A stretch of 64,000 bases of DNA from Candidatus Uhrbacteria bacterium (GTDB lineage: Bacteria; Patescibacteriota; Patescibacteriia; UBA9934; GWF2-40-263), in the NCBI GenBank assembly GCA_023246355.1, contig JAHFIQ010000001.1, positions 286,247-350,246 of the forward strand. The letters run 5' to 3'. Below are positions 46,598-55,656 of this stretch, in pieces. The notes below the pieces were generated by a model. It was not told the origin of the DNA. It was given only the letters and a program-made list of their open reading frames with translations, and searched no databases. The translations under genes were made by a program, and so were the position numbers. Each line of letters begins with the position of its first letter. Position 1 is the first letter of the stretch.

Positions 46598-47386
46598 CTA
46601 CTTCAGAGAAGCGTCGATGGCGGCGGCAATGCTGTCGTAGGGCAGAGCTCCTTTGATAGGGATCGCATTGCCATCTTTATCAATCACGAACGATCCGGGT
46701 GTCCCGCTTACGCCAGCCGCGGCTCCGGCCTGAGCCTCAGCCTCGATGAGGTCTGCATATTTTTCAGAGGTGACACAGTCGTTGAAGGTGGAGAGGTTGA
46801 GTCCAAGATCCGTGGCAATTTTCGTGTACAGATCTGTTCCCAAACTCGTTCGGTTCTCAAACAGTTGATCGGCAAATTCCCAAAATTTTCCTTGGTCTGC
46901 CGCGCATTCAGCCGCAAGAGCTGCTGGCTTGGCATTTGGATGGAAGGAGAGAGGGAAGTAGCGATAAACCCAGCGGACTTTGCCGTCATAATTTTTCATG
47001 ACCTCGAGCATGGTTGGATGGAAGCGCTCGCAGTAGGGACATTCAAAGTCGGAGTATTCAATGATGGTGACTGGGGCGTTTTCATCGCCCCTTATGTGGT
47101 CAGAGTCTGTGACCACAGGGACGCCTGTGACGGTTGTGGGCAAAGCGTCAGCAGCAGCTGCATCGGCTGTATCGTCTCCGGCATCATCATTTGAATCAGC
47201 GAGCAGGCCAGCAAAGCCGTCAGCATCTCCTCTCATGACTGCGCTGCCAAGCAAGATGAATCCTATGGTTCCGATCGAGAGAATCGCTGTCACAAATCCA
47301 AGCCAGAAGGCTTGCTTGGAAGGAATGACATCAAAAAAGTTTTTTGCGTGATGCATGGTATGTGGGTGTTGGAGTTCGGGGTCCAT
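46598..47386 (-). CDS. DsbA/thioredoxin-family disulfide oxidoreductase
   Basis: EYSDFECPYC, FPLSFH, GVSGTP, GALP. Confidence 0.92.
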   Translation of the reverse strand: MDPELQHPHTMHHAKNFFDVIPSKQAFWLGFVTAILSIGTIGFILLGSAVMRGDADGFAGLLADSNDDAGDDTADAAAADALPTTVTGVPVVTDSDHIRGDENAPVTIIEYSDFECPYCERFHPTMLEVMKNYDGKVRWVYRYFPLSFHPNAKPAALAAECAADQGKFWEFADQLFENRTSLGTDLYTKIATDLGLNLSTFNDCVTSEKYADLIEAEAQAGAAAGVSGTPGSFVIDKDGNAIPIKGALPYDSIAAAIDASLK

Positions 47387-47442
47387 AAAAAAAGGTTTTA
47401 GGTTGTAGGGAGTAGGTGGTAGGAATGCACCGGAATGAAAAA

Positions 47443-47817
47443 TTACCATCCGTGGGTTGCAAACAAATAAGGCAAGAAGTTTTTGTAAAATAGATTTCGT
47501 TCTCGTTGAACTTCTTGAGCGCGAATCCACAAACGCTTCGCCCTATCGACTTTGATTGGCAAGAGGCGTCGTATGAGTACCCATCCCAACACGATCGTGG
47601 CAAAGATCAGTTTTTCATTCAGAATACCTGGATGGTCTTCGTTCATGATCCAGAGTGTTTGGGGGTTCAGGGCCTCGGCTGTGCAAGCATTGCCGACAAA
47701 TTTTGACTCGGCTGCGCGTGCATTGCAGTGCGTTTGTCCTGAAACCACAAAGGCACACAGCATGAGCGTGACAATGGTGAGACCCGCGAAGATTTTTTTT
47801 ATGAGAAGGACCTCCAT
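47443..47817 (-). CDS. Hypothetical membrane protein
   Basis: 124-aa ORF with two hydrophobic segments, upstream of the DsbA gene. Confidence 0.5.
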   Translation of the reverse strand: MEVLLIKKIFAGLTIVTLMLCAFVVSGQTHCNARAAESKFVGNACTAEALNPQTLWIMNEDHPGILNEKLIFATIVLGWVLIRRLLPIKVDRAKRLWIRAQEVQRERNLFYKNFLPYLFATHGW

Positions 47818-47856
47818 AACGGTCTGTATCCTAGCACAATGTTATACTCTCTGTGT

Positions 47857-48798
47857 ATGGGGAAATCTTTGAACGCATCTATCGCAGATTTTTTGGAATA
47901 TCTTGAAGTTGAACGAGGGAGGTCGCAGCTGACCATTCGCAACTATGATTTTTATTTGAAGCGGTTTGCTCAGTGGGCCAGGCAACCAGATCCCGGCAAG
48001 ATCACGGACGAGATGGTTCGCAAGTACCGGCTGTGGCTGAATCGGTTGGAGGAGGGACGCAGTGCAGATTCTGGTCACCAAAAATCTCCCTTGAAAAAAA
48101 GTACACAGAATTATCATCTGATTGCTTTGCGATCTTTTTTGAAATATCTCTCCCGCATCGATGTGCTCTCGCTTTCTCCGGAAAAAATTGAACTCGCTAA
48201 GCAAGACATGCGGCAGGTGGAGTTTTTGGAGGCCGAAGAGTTGGATCGGTTGCTTGCAGGCCCACAAAAAAAAGAGGATCTGCTTGCACTGCGAGACAAA
48301 GCCATTCTTGAGCTCCTGTTTTCGACAGGACTGCGTGTGAGCGAGCTTACGCATCTCAAAATCGACAACATCAATTTGAAACGTGACGAGTTTACGGTTC
48401 GAGGGAAAGGGGGAAAGCTGCGTGCGGTGTTTTTGTCGTCGACCTCCAAAGATGCCCTGAAGCTTTATCTTGCCGCACGCCGTGATGCTTCCCCATTTTT
48501 ATTTGTCTCCCATGACAGAGCGCACACAAACAAAGGCGGACTTACTCCGAGATCCGTGCAAAGAATCGTCGAGCGCTATGCAAAAGAAGCTGGTATTACC
48601 AAGCACATCACCCCGCATTCCCTGCGCCATACGTTTGCCACGGACTTGCTGCTCTCGGGAGCTGATATCCGATCCGTGCAGTCCTTGCTTGGTCATGCCT
48701 CGATTACGACGACGCAGATTTACACGCATGTGACCAACAATCAAATGAAAGAAGTGCACAAAAAATTTCACGGCAAGTCTCGCCATCGATTGACATAA
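47857..48798 (+). CDS. XerC/XerD-type tyrosine recombinase
   Basis: RDKAILELLFSTGLRVSEL, GKGGK.R, HSLRHTFAT, LLGHASITTTQIYTH. Confidence 0.95.
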   Translation: MGKSLNASIADFLEYLEVERGRSQLTIRNYDFYLKRFAQWARQPDPGKITDEMVRKYRLWLNRLEEGRSADSGHQKSPLKKSTQNYHLIALRSFLKYLSRIDVLSLSPEKIELAKQDMRQVEFLEAEELDRLLAGPQKKEDLLALRDKAILELLFSTGLRVSELTHLKIDNINLKRDEFTVRGKGGKLRAVFLSSTSKDALKLYLAARRDASPFLFVSHDRAHTNKGGLTPRSVQRIVERYAKEAGITKHITPHSLRHTFATDLLLSGADIRSVQSLLGHASITTTQIYTHVTNNQMKEVHKKFHGKSRHRLT

Positions 48799-48816
48799 CG
48801 TCAGCCTTGAGCTATC

Positions 48817-49530
48817 TTGACCGCGCCCTTTGTGGAGGTTTCCGTGTCAGCTGCATCTACTGCTCGTGTCGATCCCATCCATCGCGATGACGTGTTCGTG
48901 TCCAGACTCGCTCCGGGTGTCGCGTCTGTCCCTTCGTCCCTCGTGGACCTGTTCCTTGCGCACCGGCGCGGAAAGCCATGGAATGAAACCGCAGCTTGCA
49001 CCAGCTGCAAGCGCAAGGTCATCACGACCAGGGCGGCAGAAGCGCTGGGCAGGTGCGGCCATTGCCGCTCGGGGAACATCGTCCAGATCTGGGATCAACC
49101 CAGGGCGCAGGCTGTGCTCGTCCAGAGCATGAGGGAGACAGATGGCAGTGGCCTCACGGTCGCTTGGGGGCATGTTGAGTCGCCACAGCCGGTTCTGATC
49201 GGGTTCGTTCAGATGTCCATGATCGCATTCAAGGACATCAGCGGATACCTTGGGCACGATGTCCTCGCCGAGGTCGTAACGCTCATGGGGCGTCATGACT
49301 TCTACGCGATCATCGACAACCTGGTGGTCGCAGATCCGCAGCATGACGATGTGACAGCGCTCAAGCTCCTGGACGCGGCGATGAGGCAGGTCGCCACGAA
49401 GGACGCGCTCACTCCCTTGGTGACGCTCGTGGAGAGTAGTTCGCTCTACGAAGCCGTTCTTGCCCAGCGTAGATTCCGTCTATGCAAGAGGCTTCCCGAT
49501 CGGGTGCTTCTCATGGGTGGGCTCACCTAG
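48817..49530 (+). CDS. GNAT-like protein with inserted zinc ribbon
   Basis: PWNE..CTSC...CGHC, LIGFVQ, AIIDNLVV; acetyl-CoA loop looks degenerate. Confidence 0.55.
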   Translation: MTAPFVEVSVSAASTARVDPIHRDDVFVSRLAPGVASVPSSLVDLFLAHRRGKPWNETAACTSCKRKVITTRAAEALGRCGHCRSGNIVQIWDQPRAQAVLVQSMRETDGSGLTVAWGHVESPQPVLIGFVQMSMIAFKDISGYLGHDVLAEVVTLMGRHDFYAIIDNLVVADPQHDDVTALKLLDAAMRQVATKDALTPLVTLVESSSLYEAVLAQRRFRLCKRLPDRVLLMGGLT

Positions 49531-49610
49531 GAAACAGTCCTACACGCATTTGACGAGTGGCTCGCCCAGCCACTTTTTCTTTTGCCGTCATTTCGTTATG
49601 ATGACGCAAC

Positions 49611-49685
49611 GCCCCTGTAGTTCAATGGATAGAACATCGGACTTCTAAGCCGGGTATGTTGGTTCGATTCCAACCGGGGGCACCA
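49611..49685 (+). tRNA. tRNA-Arg(TCT)
   Basis: GCCCCTG acceptor stem, CT-TCT-AA loop, GGTTCGATTCC, CCA. Confidence 0.93.
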
Positions 49686-49695
49686 GAGAAAAATT

Positions 49696-50271
49696 ATGAA
49701 ACGCATTTTTATTGTCCATGGTTGGGATGGGTATCCAGAAGAAGGCTGGTTCCCGTGGTTGAAGCGAGAGCTCGAAGCTCGTGGGTTTGAGGTGCATGTC
49801 CCTCAGTTACCAGATGCAGGGAGTCCGAGAATAAAAAATTGGGTGCCAGCATTGGCACAGGCAGTTGGCGCGCCAGACGAAGAAACATTTTTTGTAGGGC
49901 ACTCGATGGGTTGCCAGACCATTGCACGGTATCTCGCCTCGCTCCCGCCTGAGATCAAAGTTGGTGGTGCTGTGTTCGTCGCAGGATTTTTCAAGCGACT
50001 CACTAACATGGAAGATGACGAAGTGCGCGAGATCGCAAACGAATGGCTCACCACGCCACTCAACCTTGGCAACGTTTTTTCTCACCTGCGAAAAAGTGTC
50101 GCCATTTTTTCCGATGACGATCCATATGTGCCGATGGAAAATCAAGATGACTTTTGCGAAAAGCTGCATTCAAAAATTATCATTGAGCACGGCATGGGGC
50201 ATTTCAGCGGAAGCACAGGCACTTTTGAGCTGCCCGTAGCACTTGAGGCGGTGCTTCAGATATCCGGGTAA
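49696..50271 (+). CDS. RBBP9/YdeN alpha/beta hydrolase
   Basis: IVHGW, WFPWL, VGHSMG, SDDDPYVP, GHF. Confidence 0.92.
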   Translation: MKRIFIVHGWDGYPEEGWFPWLKRELEARGFEVHVPQLPDAGSPRIKNWVPALAQAVGAPDEETFFVGHSMGCQTIARYLASLPPEIKVGGAVFVAGFFKRLTNMEDDEVREIANEWLTTPLNLGNVFSHLRKSVAIFSDDDPYVPMENQDDFCEKLHSKIIIEHGMGHFSGSTGTFELPVALEAVLQISG

Positions 50272-50303
50272 CAGAAAACCGAGCATGGGGCTCGGTGCGT
50301 TGG

Positions 50304-50876
50304 TCATTCGGTTGGCGGGAGGTGCTGCTCGTGCATGATCACGCCGCCGAAGAAGCGGTGCAAAAAGAGGGCTTCCTTCTGATCAGGACGACTGATCGCT
50401 TCATGCCCCCAGAAGTGGGTGATGTCGCCACTCCAGTCGCACCCGTAACGCCAGCCGAATTCTTCGTACTGGTGTGGTCCACGTGGTTGAAATGTGGTGC
50501 CTTTTTCACCAGTCGCCAATGCTGACCTGAGGAATTGGTAGCAGTCGCGAGCGAGTTTTGGGTAACGATGGTTCGCGGTCATGCCACCGGCATAGGACTG
50601 CATCCACACAGGTGAGTCGTTGTACCAGACAACCTCCTGTCCTGCCGATGCGAGGAAGCCGGTGTACGAATCCCGATACAGCCATCGCCCTTCGCGGTAG
50701 ACCAGTTCCTTGAAACCCGGCTTGCGTTGGGTATCCTGGGGAGGAACCGCTAGACCGTTGCCTGCGTAGGTTTCGATCATTGCTCGGCCCAGAAAGGCGT
50801 TGAGCTCACCGAGCCAGTCTGCATCGAAATGCGATTTCCATGTGAGTGTGTCCATGACTCTCTCCTGTCGATTCAT
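50304..50876 (-). CDS. DUF5680-like protein
   Basis: TYAG.G, YRDSYTG...GQEVVW...PVW..SY.G, FLRSAL, PRGP. Confidence 0.75.
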   Translation of the reverse strand: MNRQERVMDTLTWKSHFDADWLGELNAFLGRAMIETYAGNGLAVPPQDTQRKPGFKELVYREGRWLYRDSYTGFLASAGQEVVWYNDSPVWMQSYAGGMTANHRYPKLARDCYQFLRSALATGEKGTTFQPRGPHQYEEFGWRYGCDWSGDITHFWGHEAISRPDQKEALFLHRFFGGVIMHEQHLPPTE

Positions 50877-50940
50877 GTCTACCTTGTCGGGGCTTGATCG
50901 TCAAGACAAATCAGGCTACACTGCCCGCGCAAAGATTTAT

Positions 50941-51016
50941 GGCGGCTATAGCATAATGGTTAGTGCACTTGGTTGTGGTCCAAGCTATGAGGGTTCGATT
51001 CCCTCTAGCCGCCCCA
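50941..51016 (+). tRNA. tRNA-His(GTG) with encoded G-1
   Basis: G-GCGGCTA...TAGCCGC-C-CCA, CTTGG-TT-GTG-GT-CCAAG anticodon arm. Confidence 0.95.
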
Positions 51017-51055
51017 CAAAAAATCCTTCAGCTTCGGCTGAGGGATTTTTTGTGG
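51014..51055. terminator. Bidirectional terminator after tRNA-His
   Basis: CCACAAAAAATCCTTCAGC-TTCG-GCTGAGGGATTTTTTGTGG. Confidence 0.8.
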
Positions 51056-51092
51056 AAAAAGAAAACTCGCCGCGAGCGACGAGTTGCGTGCG

Positions 51093-52370
51093 TCAGAGTT
51101 GATTGATCCACCAGACTTCCAACAGTTCCTTGAAGTGCGGGGATTCCCAGTCCACACCAAAGCCCGGCAGGCGCATGGTGGGAATTTCGTCGTAGGGCCC
51201 ACGACGATATGGGAACCACAGAGGCGCGAGGTACTGGCGGATTTGATCAGCACGATAGAGATCGTGGTTGAGACCGTCTTGTGCCACGTAGGTATCAAGG
51301 TGATCGGTGATGGTCGTCACCAACTGTTCGGCAGAACCCGCGATGGTGCGGCCATTGTCTTCACGATGGAGGTGACCGAGTGTTTTCAGGTCCCAGTAGG
51401 TCTTGTGTCGATGCGGATTTGGAAGGGCGCCATCGTTACTGACAACCAGTGGGTCAAGCCACAGTGTCCGATGGGTGTGTTCGTGGAAGGCTTGCGCATC
51501 CTCACGTCCAGCGAGGTGCAGCCCGTTGCCAGGTTTGTGCACAGCGGTCACAACGTATTTCCACCCTCGTCTATCCCCTGTTGGCCGCTGCCGTTCGAGT
51601 TTCAGAAGTGTAGAGAGCAGTCGCTTGCGACGGTTCACTACGTATACGATGTAGGACTCGGCATTGACCATCGCGACCCGGCAAGGCAGCAGTTCTTCTT
51701 TTACAGAGATGGCTTTCTTACGCCGTTCCTTGGCTGCCTTTTTGGCCTGCCTGTGTGTCTTGAAAAGCTCCAGGGTTTTACTTCTCATGGCGAGTGCAGG
51801 GTTCAGTTCTGCCACCAACCACAGGTCCATGGACTCGTCAGGTACGAACAGGCGTACCCACGTGAGTTGATCGATGACGGAAAGATCTTTGGCCACGTCT
51901 GCTTCTTCATCCACTGTTTCGATCGCGAACAGTTGCAGGGCGATGCCTAGCTGACGTTGTGCCTCGAAATGGCGGCGACGATCCAGGGAAGACGCGTTTG
52001 TCGCAGGGTCCGCTGTTGCCATCTTGAGCATCTGGACGGGATCCAGACAGTTGGCAACAGCGTTGGTGGACGGAAGTCGCTCGGCAAACGGACGTAGGTA
52101 CGTGGCGATGACATGCTCGACCATGTCCATGGCGCTTCTCAAGTACTCGGTCATCCGTCGGTAGAACTCCCGCGCGCCAGAGGCGGTTGCAATGCCCAGC
52201 GCATTGCGATGGGTTTCCACGTAGGCGAAGTAGAGTGCGTCACGTTCTGGGTATCCCTTTGAAGAAAATCGTTGAAACGCACGACCCATTTCGTGGATGC
52301 GTTGGAATTGAACGGGCAGACTTCGGAAAACAAGCGCTTCGTCTGGGTAAAAGATCTGCTGGCCCGGCAT
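51093..52370 (-). CDS. Divergent RelA/SpoT-synthetase-like nucleotidyltransferase
   Basis: RRKRLLSTLLKLER, DRRGWKYV, YWDLK, AEQLVTT, NHDLYR align with RSH Syn motifs. Confidence 0.6.
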   Translation of the reverse strand: MPGQQIFYPDEALVFRSLPVQFQRIHEMGRAFQRFSSKGYPERDALYFAYVETHRNALGIATASGAREFYRRMTEYLRSAMDMVEHVIATYLRPFAERLPSTNAVANCLDPVQMLKMATADPATNASSLDRRRHFEAQRQLGIALQLFAIETVDEEADVAKDLSVIDQLTWVRLFVPDESMDLWLVAELNPALAMRSKTLELFKTHRQAKKAAKERRKKAISVKEELLPCRVAMVNAESYIVYVVNRRKRLLSTLLKLERQRPTGDRRGWKYVVTAVHKPGNGLHLAGREDAQAFHEHTHRTLWLDPLVVSNDGALPNPHRHKTYWDLKTLGHLHREDNGRTIAGSAEQLVTTITDHLDTYVAQDGLNHDLYRADQIRQYLAPLWFPYRRGPYDEIPTMRLPGFGVDWESPHFKELLEVWWINQL

Positions 52371-52579
52371 GAGGTTCTCTCCGTCACAGATCTAATCAGA
52401 GCCTGATGTTTTGGTCAATTTTGGCTGAATTTAGCTGTGATTAGTTATCCACTGCCAATTTCTTGACAGGAATATGGCGCCGGGTTAGTATTGCGCCCGT
52501 TCGCTTCTCCCGAGGATTCTCCAACGGCGGCAACACCGTGCTGGCGCGGTTTCACCAGTGGTTCTGTCCGAGGTACTCC

Positions 52580-53458
52580 ATGCGTTCCCTGACCCTTCTT
52601 CTCGCCGTTTCCGGCTTCCTCGACCCCAAGTCCGAGGATTCCAAGAACATCACCCAGGTCACCCCCGACACCACGACGCGCTTCGCCTTCAGGAAGTCCG
52701 ACTACGACACGGTCACGATCTCCAACGAGTCCGGCCCCAAGAACGACGGCCTGCTCGAAGTGATCGACGCGATCGCCCTCTCCGCCGACGAGATCGACGT
52801 CTCCGGCTACGACCGCGCGCTCATCGTGCGCGTGCAGTCCACCCGCGGCCTGGACAGCTTCGCGGCCCAGAAGATGGGCGAGGCGATCGAGGCGTACATG
52901 GATCGCAACGGCTGCAGCGAGTTCGCGACCGCGGCGATCGGCGACCTGGACTTCGGGCAGGAGCTCCACGGGAAGTGGAACACGCTCATCATGCTGCGCG
53001 ACGACGAGGGCAACTGGACCTTCAAGAACCGGCGGTTCACGAGCATCCAGAAGTCGACCGGCGACGAGTACGCGGTCCTGCTGGACGGCAAGATGGCCAA
53101 GACGCCCGGCGTCACGCTCATCTCGACCCTGCTCGACGACACGAAGTTCCAGGCGCTGCTGGACGGCGGCTACAAGCTCGACACCAGGAAGGCACATCTC
53201 GTCCGCGCCCCGATCAACAAGGACGGCGCCTACGCGGTGGTCTCCGACGGCACGCAGGTCGTCTACGACGACAACAAGAACGTCATCGCCTCGGGCAAGA
53301 CCGGCTTCACCGTGATGCCCGCGATCGACGCCGACGGACAGTACGTCGACAACAAGGTGACCACGGTCTCCGGCAGCGGCGACAAGTGGGACATCCGCCG
53401 CGGCATCTCCGCGGACAAGTCCGACAAGCTCGCCCCGGCCTACGGCGCCTCGGCCTAG
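52580..53458 (+). CDS. Hypothetical protein with very high GC3
   Basis: GAGG SD before MRSLTLL; third positions nearly all G/C; upstream TTGACA-17-TAGTAT at 52463. Confidence 0.75.
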   Translation: MRSLTLLLAVSGFLDPKSEDSKNITQVTPDTTTRFAFRKSDYDTVTISNESGPKNDGLLEVIDAIALSADEIDVSGYDRALIVRVQSTRGLDSFAAQKMGEAIEAYMDRNGCSEFATAAIGDLDFGQELHGKWNTLIMLRDDEGNWTFKNRRFTSIQKSTGDEYAVLLDGKMAKTPGVTLISTLLDDTKFQALLDGGYKLDTRKAHLVRAPINKDGAYAVVSDGTQVVYDDNKNVIASGKTGFTVMPAIDADGQYVDNKVTTVSGSGDKWDIRRGISADKSDKLAPAYGASA

Positions 53459-53583
53459 TCGACTCCCCCTCGGCTAGAGCCGATCCTGAGGGGACTACGT
53501 ACAGGCCTCTCCCCGCGTTCGATTCGAAAGAGTCAACGCGGGTTTTCTATTTGAAAAGCCTCACTGTTGAAGTGAGGCCGTTC

Positions 53584-53955
53584 TCACAGCCAGCCGATCG
53601 CGATGAGCGGCAGAAGTGTGAGCAAGTGAAGGATCTGGTCAAGCCAGATCGTCTTCACGTAGAGCTTGCGTGCCTTGTGGTAGTCGACCACCATGTGGGC
53701 GAGGAAGATCGCCAGAAACGCGAGCGGGTTTGATGCGATCCCCAGCACCCGGGCTGCCACCACGAATGTCGCGGTGTAGGTGAGGCAGTGGTAGAGCAGG
53801 ATCTCGTTGGCGCTCGCACCGCCCGCTTCGGGCTGACCCTTGTTGATGAGGGGCGACTTCATCGTTGCCATCCAGGCGCTCTGGAAGGCGAAGTCGGCCA
53901 GGAAGTGCACAGCGCTCCAGAAAAGAAGCGCGGACAGGAACAGGGAAGGATTCAT
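53584..53955 (-). CDS. DUF3307 membrane protein
   Basis: HFLADFAFQ, H..VD..K, DQILH. Confidence 0.85.
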   Translation of the reverse strand: MNPSLFLSALLFWSAVHFLADFAFQSAWMATMKSPLINKGQPEAGGASANEILLYHCLTYTATFVVAARVLGIASNPLAFLAIFLAHMVVDYHKARKLYVKTIWLDQILHLLTLLPLIAIGWL

Positions 53956-54070
53956 GACGATCTCCTTGTCTGTATTCACCGTACTCCTGCCAAAAATAGT
54001 GCCTAGAGTATCTGTCGAAATTCCTGACAACATTTTGACTAGGCAGCCAGAGCATGAGATCGTACCGTAT

Positions 54071-54829
54071 ATGCGCATGCACTACTCTCCTGAACTCATG
54101 ACCGGGCTTCTGGCCTGGGGCTTGGATAAAAAAGAAGCCAAGGTGTACTTGGCTGCGCTTGAGTTGGGACCAACGTCCGTGCTCGAGCTTGCACGTCGAA
54201 CGCAGTTTCCTCGCACAACCCTGTATCCGATTTTGGATCGCCTCAAAACGCAGGGCGTCTTTCGTATGGGCAAGAAAAAAACAGCGACTGTGTTTATCGC
54301 TGAGCCTCCAGCGCGTTTGGCAGAGATCATGCATGAGCGTGAGGGTCAGGTGGAGAAAAGTATTCATGGACTCGAGCTCTTACAAGAAACAGCACAGGGC
54401 AGGCCAGGTGTGGTGTTCTATGAGGGCACGGAAGGATTCAAACGCCTGTGGAAATTGGTTCTACATTCAGGGGTCAAAGAATATCGGTTGCTGACCTCAG
54501 GCATTGGGCTACGCGATTATGTGAAGGAGCCGTATCTTATCAATCGCATTATTGAAGAGAGAAAAAAGTTAGGCATCAAGAGTTTGCAGCTTATTCGCGA
54601 TGGACGTGTTGCTCGCGAGATCATTGCCAAAGATCATGAAGAATTGCGCGAGTCGCGCCTGCTCCCATCAACGGTCGAACTGCCGGCAACCGTGCTTATT
54701 TTTGCGTCCCAAGTCGCGTTCATCACCAGTCGTCATGAAAATACCATGATCATTCTGGCAAGCGGCGACGTAGCTGCCACGTACAAGACGTTATTTGATT
54801 TGGTGTGGGAGAAAGCAACGCGACCCTGA
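54071..54829 (+). CDS. TrmB-family HTH transcriptional regulator
   Basis: GLDKKEAKVYLAALELG...LAR...PRTTLY.IL..L, VVFYEG.EG. Confidence 0.88.
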   Translation: MRMHYSPELMTGLLAWGLDKKEAKVYLAALELGPTSVLELARRTQFPRTTLYPILDRLKTQGVFRMGKKKTATVFIAEPPARLAEIMHEREGQVEKSIHGLELLQETAQGRPGVVFYEGTEGFKRLWKLVLHSGVKEYRLLTSGIGLRDYVKEPYLINRIIEERKKLGIKSLQLIRDGRVAREIIAKDHEELRESRLLPSTVELPATVLIFASQVAFITSRHENTMIILASGDVAATYKTLFDLVWEKATRP

Positions 54830-54883
54830 GTTTTTAGTCAATAGAATACCGCCCCGTTGTATGGGCGGTTAGCTGTGTTCCTG

Positions 54884-55555
54884 CTATGGAGGTAAGGCGA
54901 TGATGATTGGATGTTGGTCGAAGGTTGAACCAACGAGGTGGTTTCCTTCCAGCCAGCCGTCGATGATTGAGCGCAGAGCTGAGGTGAGATCCTGCCTGCC
55001 AAGCAGTGCCGCCACTACGAAATCAATCGTGGTGTCGTGGCAAGTGCCGAACAAGCAATCGAGATAGGAATCTCGGTGTTCCACTGACCTGTCATGCCAA
55101 CCCGTTGTCCAGGTCGGATCCAATTTCGCCTGGAGGAGGTCCCGGTCGTTTTGGTCAGGGACGGCTTCTTGGAGAAGGTCGTGAAGTTGTGGCCAGAGCC
55201 ACATGTAGATCGCATGCATCGGGGTCCGAATGGACGTCCGGGTTGTTTCCCATCCAGATGGAGTCGTCCCACCGCAGAGAATCTCGGCAGGAAAGCGCAC
55301 GGCACGCCATGACGCTGACGCGACCCGTACCCACTCAGGTGTGAGGATGACTGGTTTACCGATCAGTCCCAGAGGGGCGAGCGATTCCAGGAATCTCTGG
55401 TTGAGCGGTCCACGTTCGAGTTGAACGGTTCCCAATCTACCAAGGAGCTCGGTGATGCCTGCTCCGTCGCTTTTTGGAAGAAGTGGAAGTTGTTTGACGA
55501 CGGTATCGACGTTAACGTGACTTTCGGCGTTCATGGCCTGTGCGAAAGAGCCCAC
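54884..55555 (-). CDS. Hypothetical protein
   Basis: 223-aa ORF with AAGGAGG SD. Confidence 0.6.
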   Translation of the reverse strand: MGSFAQAMNAESHVNVDTVVKQLPLLPKSDGAGITELLGRLGTVQLERGPLNQRFLESLAPLGLIGKPVILTPEWVRVASASWRAVRFPAEILCGGTTPSGWETTRTSIRTPMHAIYMWLWPQLHDLLQEAVPDQNDRDLLQAKLDPTWTTGWHDRSVEHRDSYLDCLFGTCHDTTIDFVVAALLGRQDLTSALRSIIDGWLEGNHLVGSTFDQHPIIIALPP

Positions 55556-55656
55556 GAGTCCTCCTTAGGAGGAAGCCTAGTGTTTATGGGACACGCGATG
55601 TTATCAGAAAAACTCAAGAATGTCAATGTGAGAACGATGCGGTACACTATTGCCGT

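Noticed and set aside
47857-49685. Integrase plus tRNA defining a prophage or genomic island
   Set aside because: The recombinase looks like housekeeping XerC/D, and I found no att duplication of tRNA-Arg(TCT) and no phage genes
52558-53733. 391-aa alternative-frame ORF and 250-aa antisense ORF
   Set aside because: Arg/Pro/Gly-rich shadow frames caused by the high GC3 of the real gene at 52580-53458
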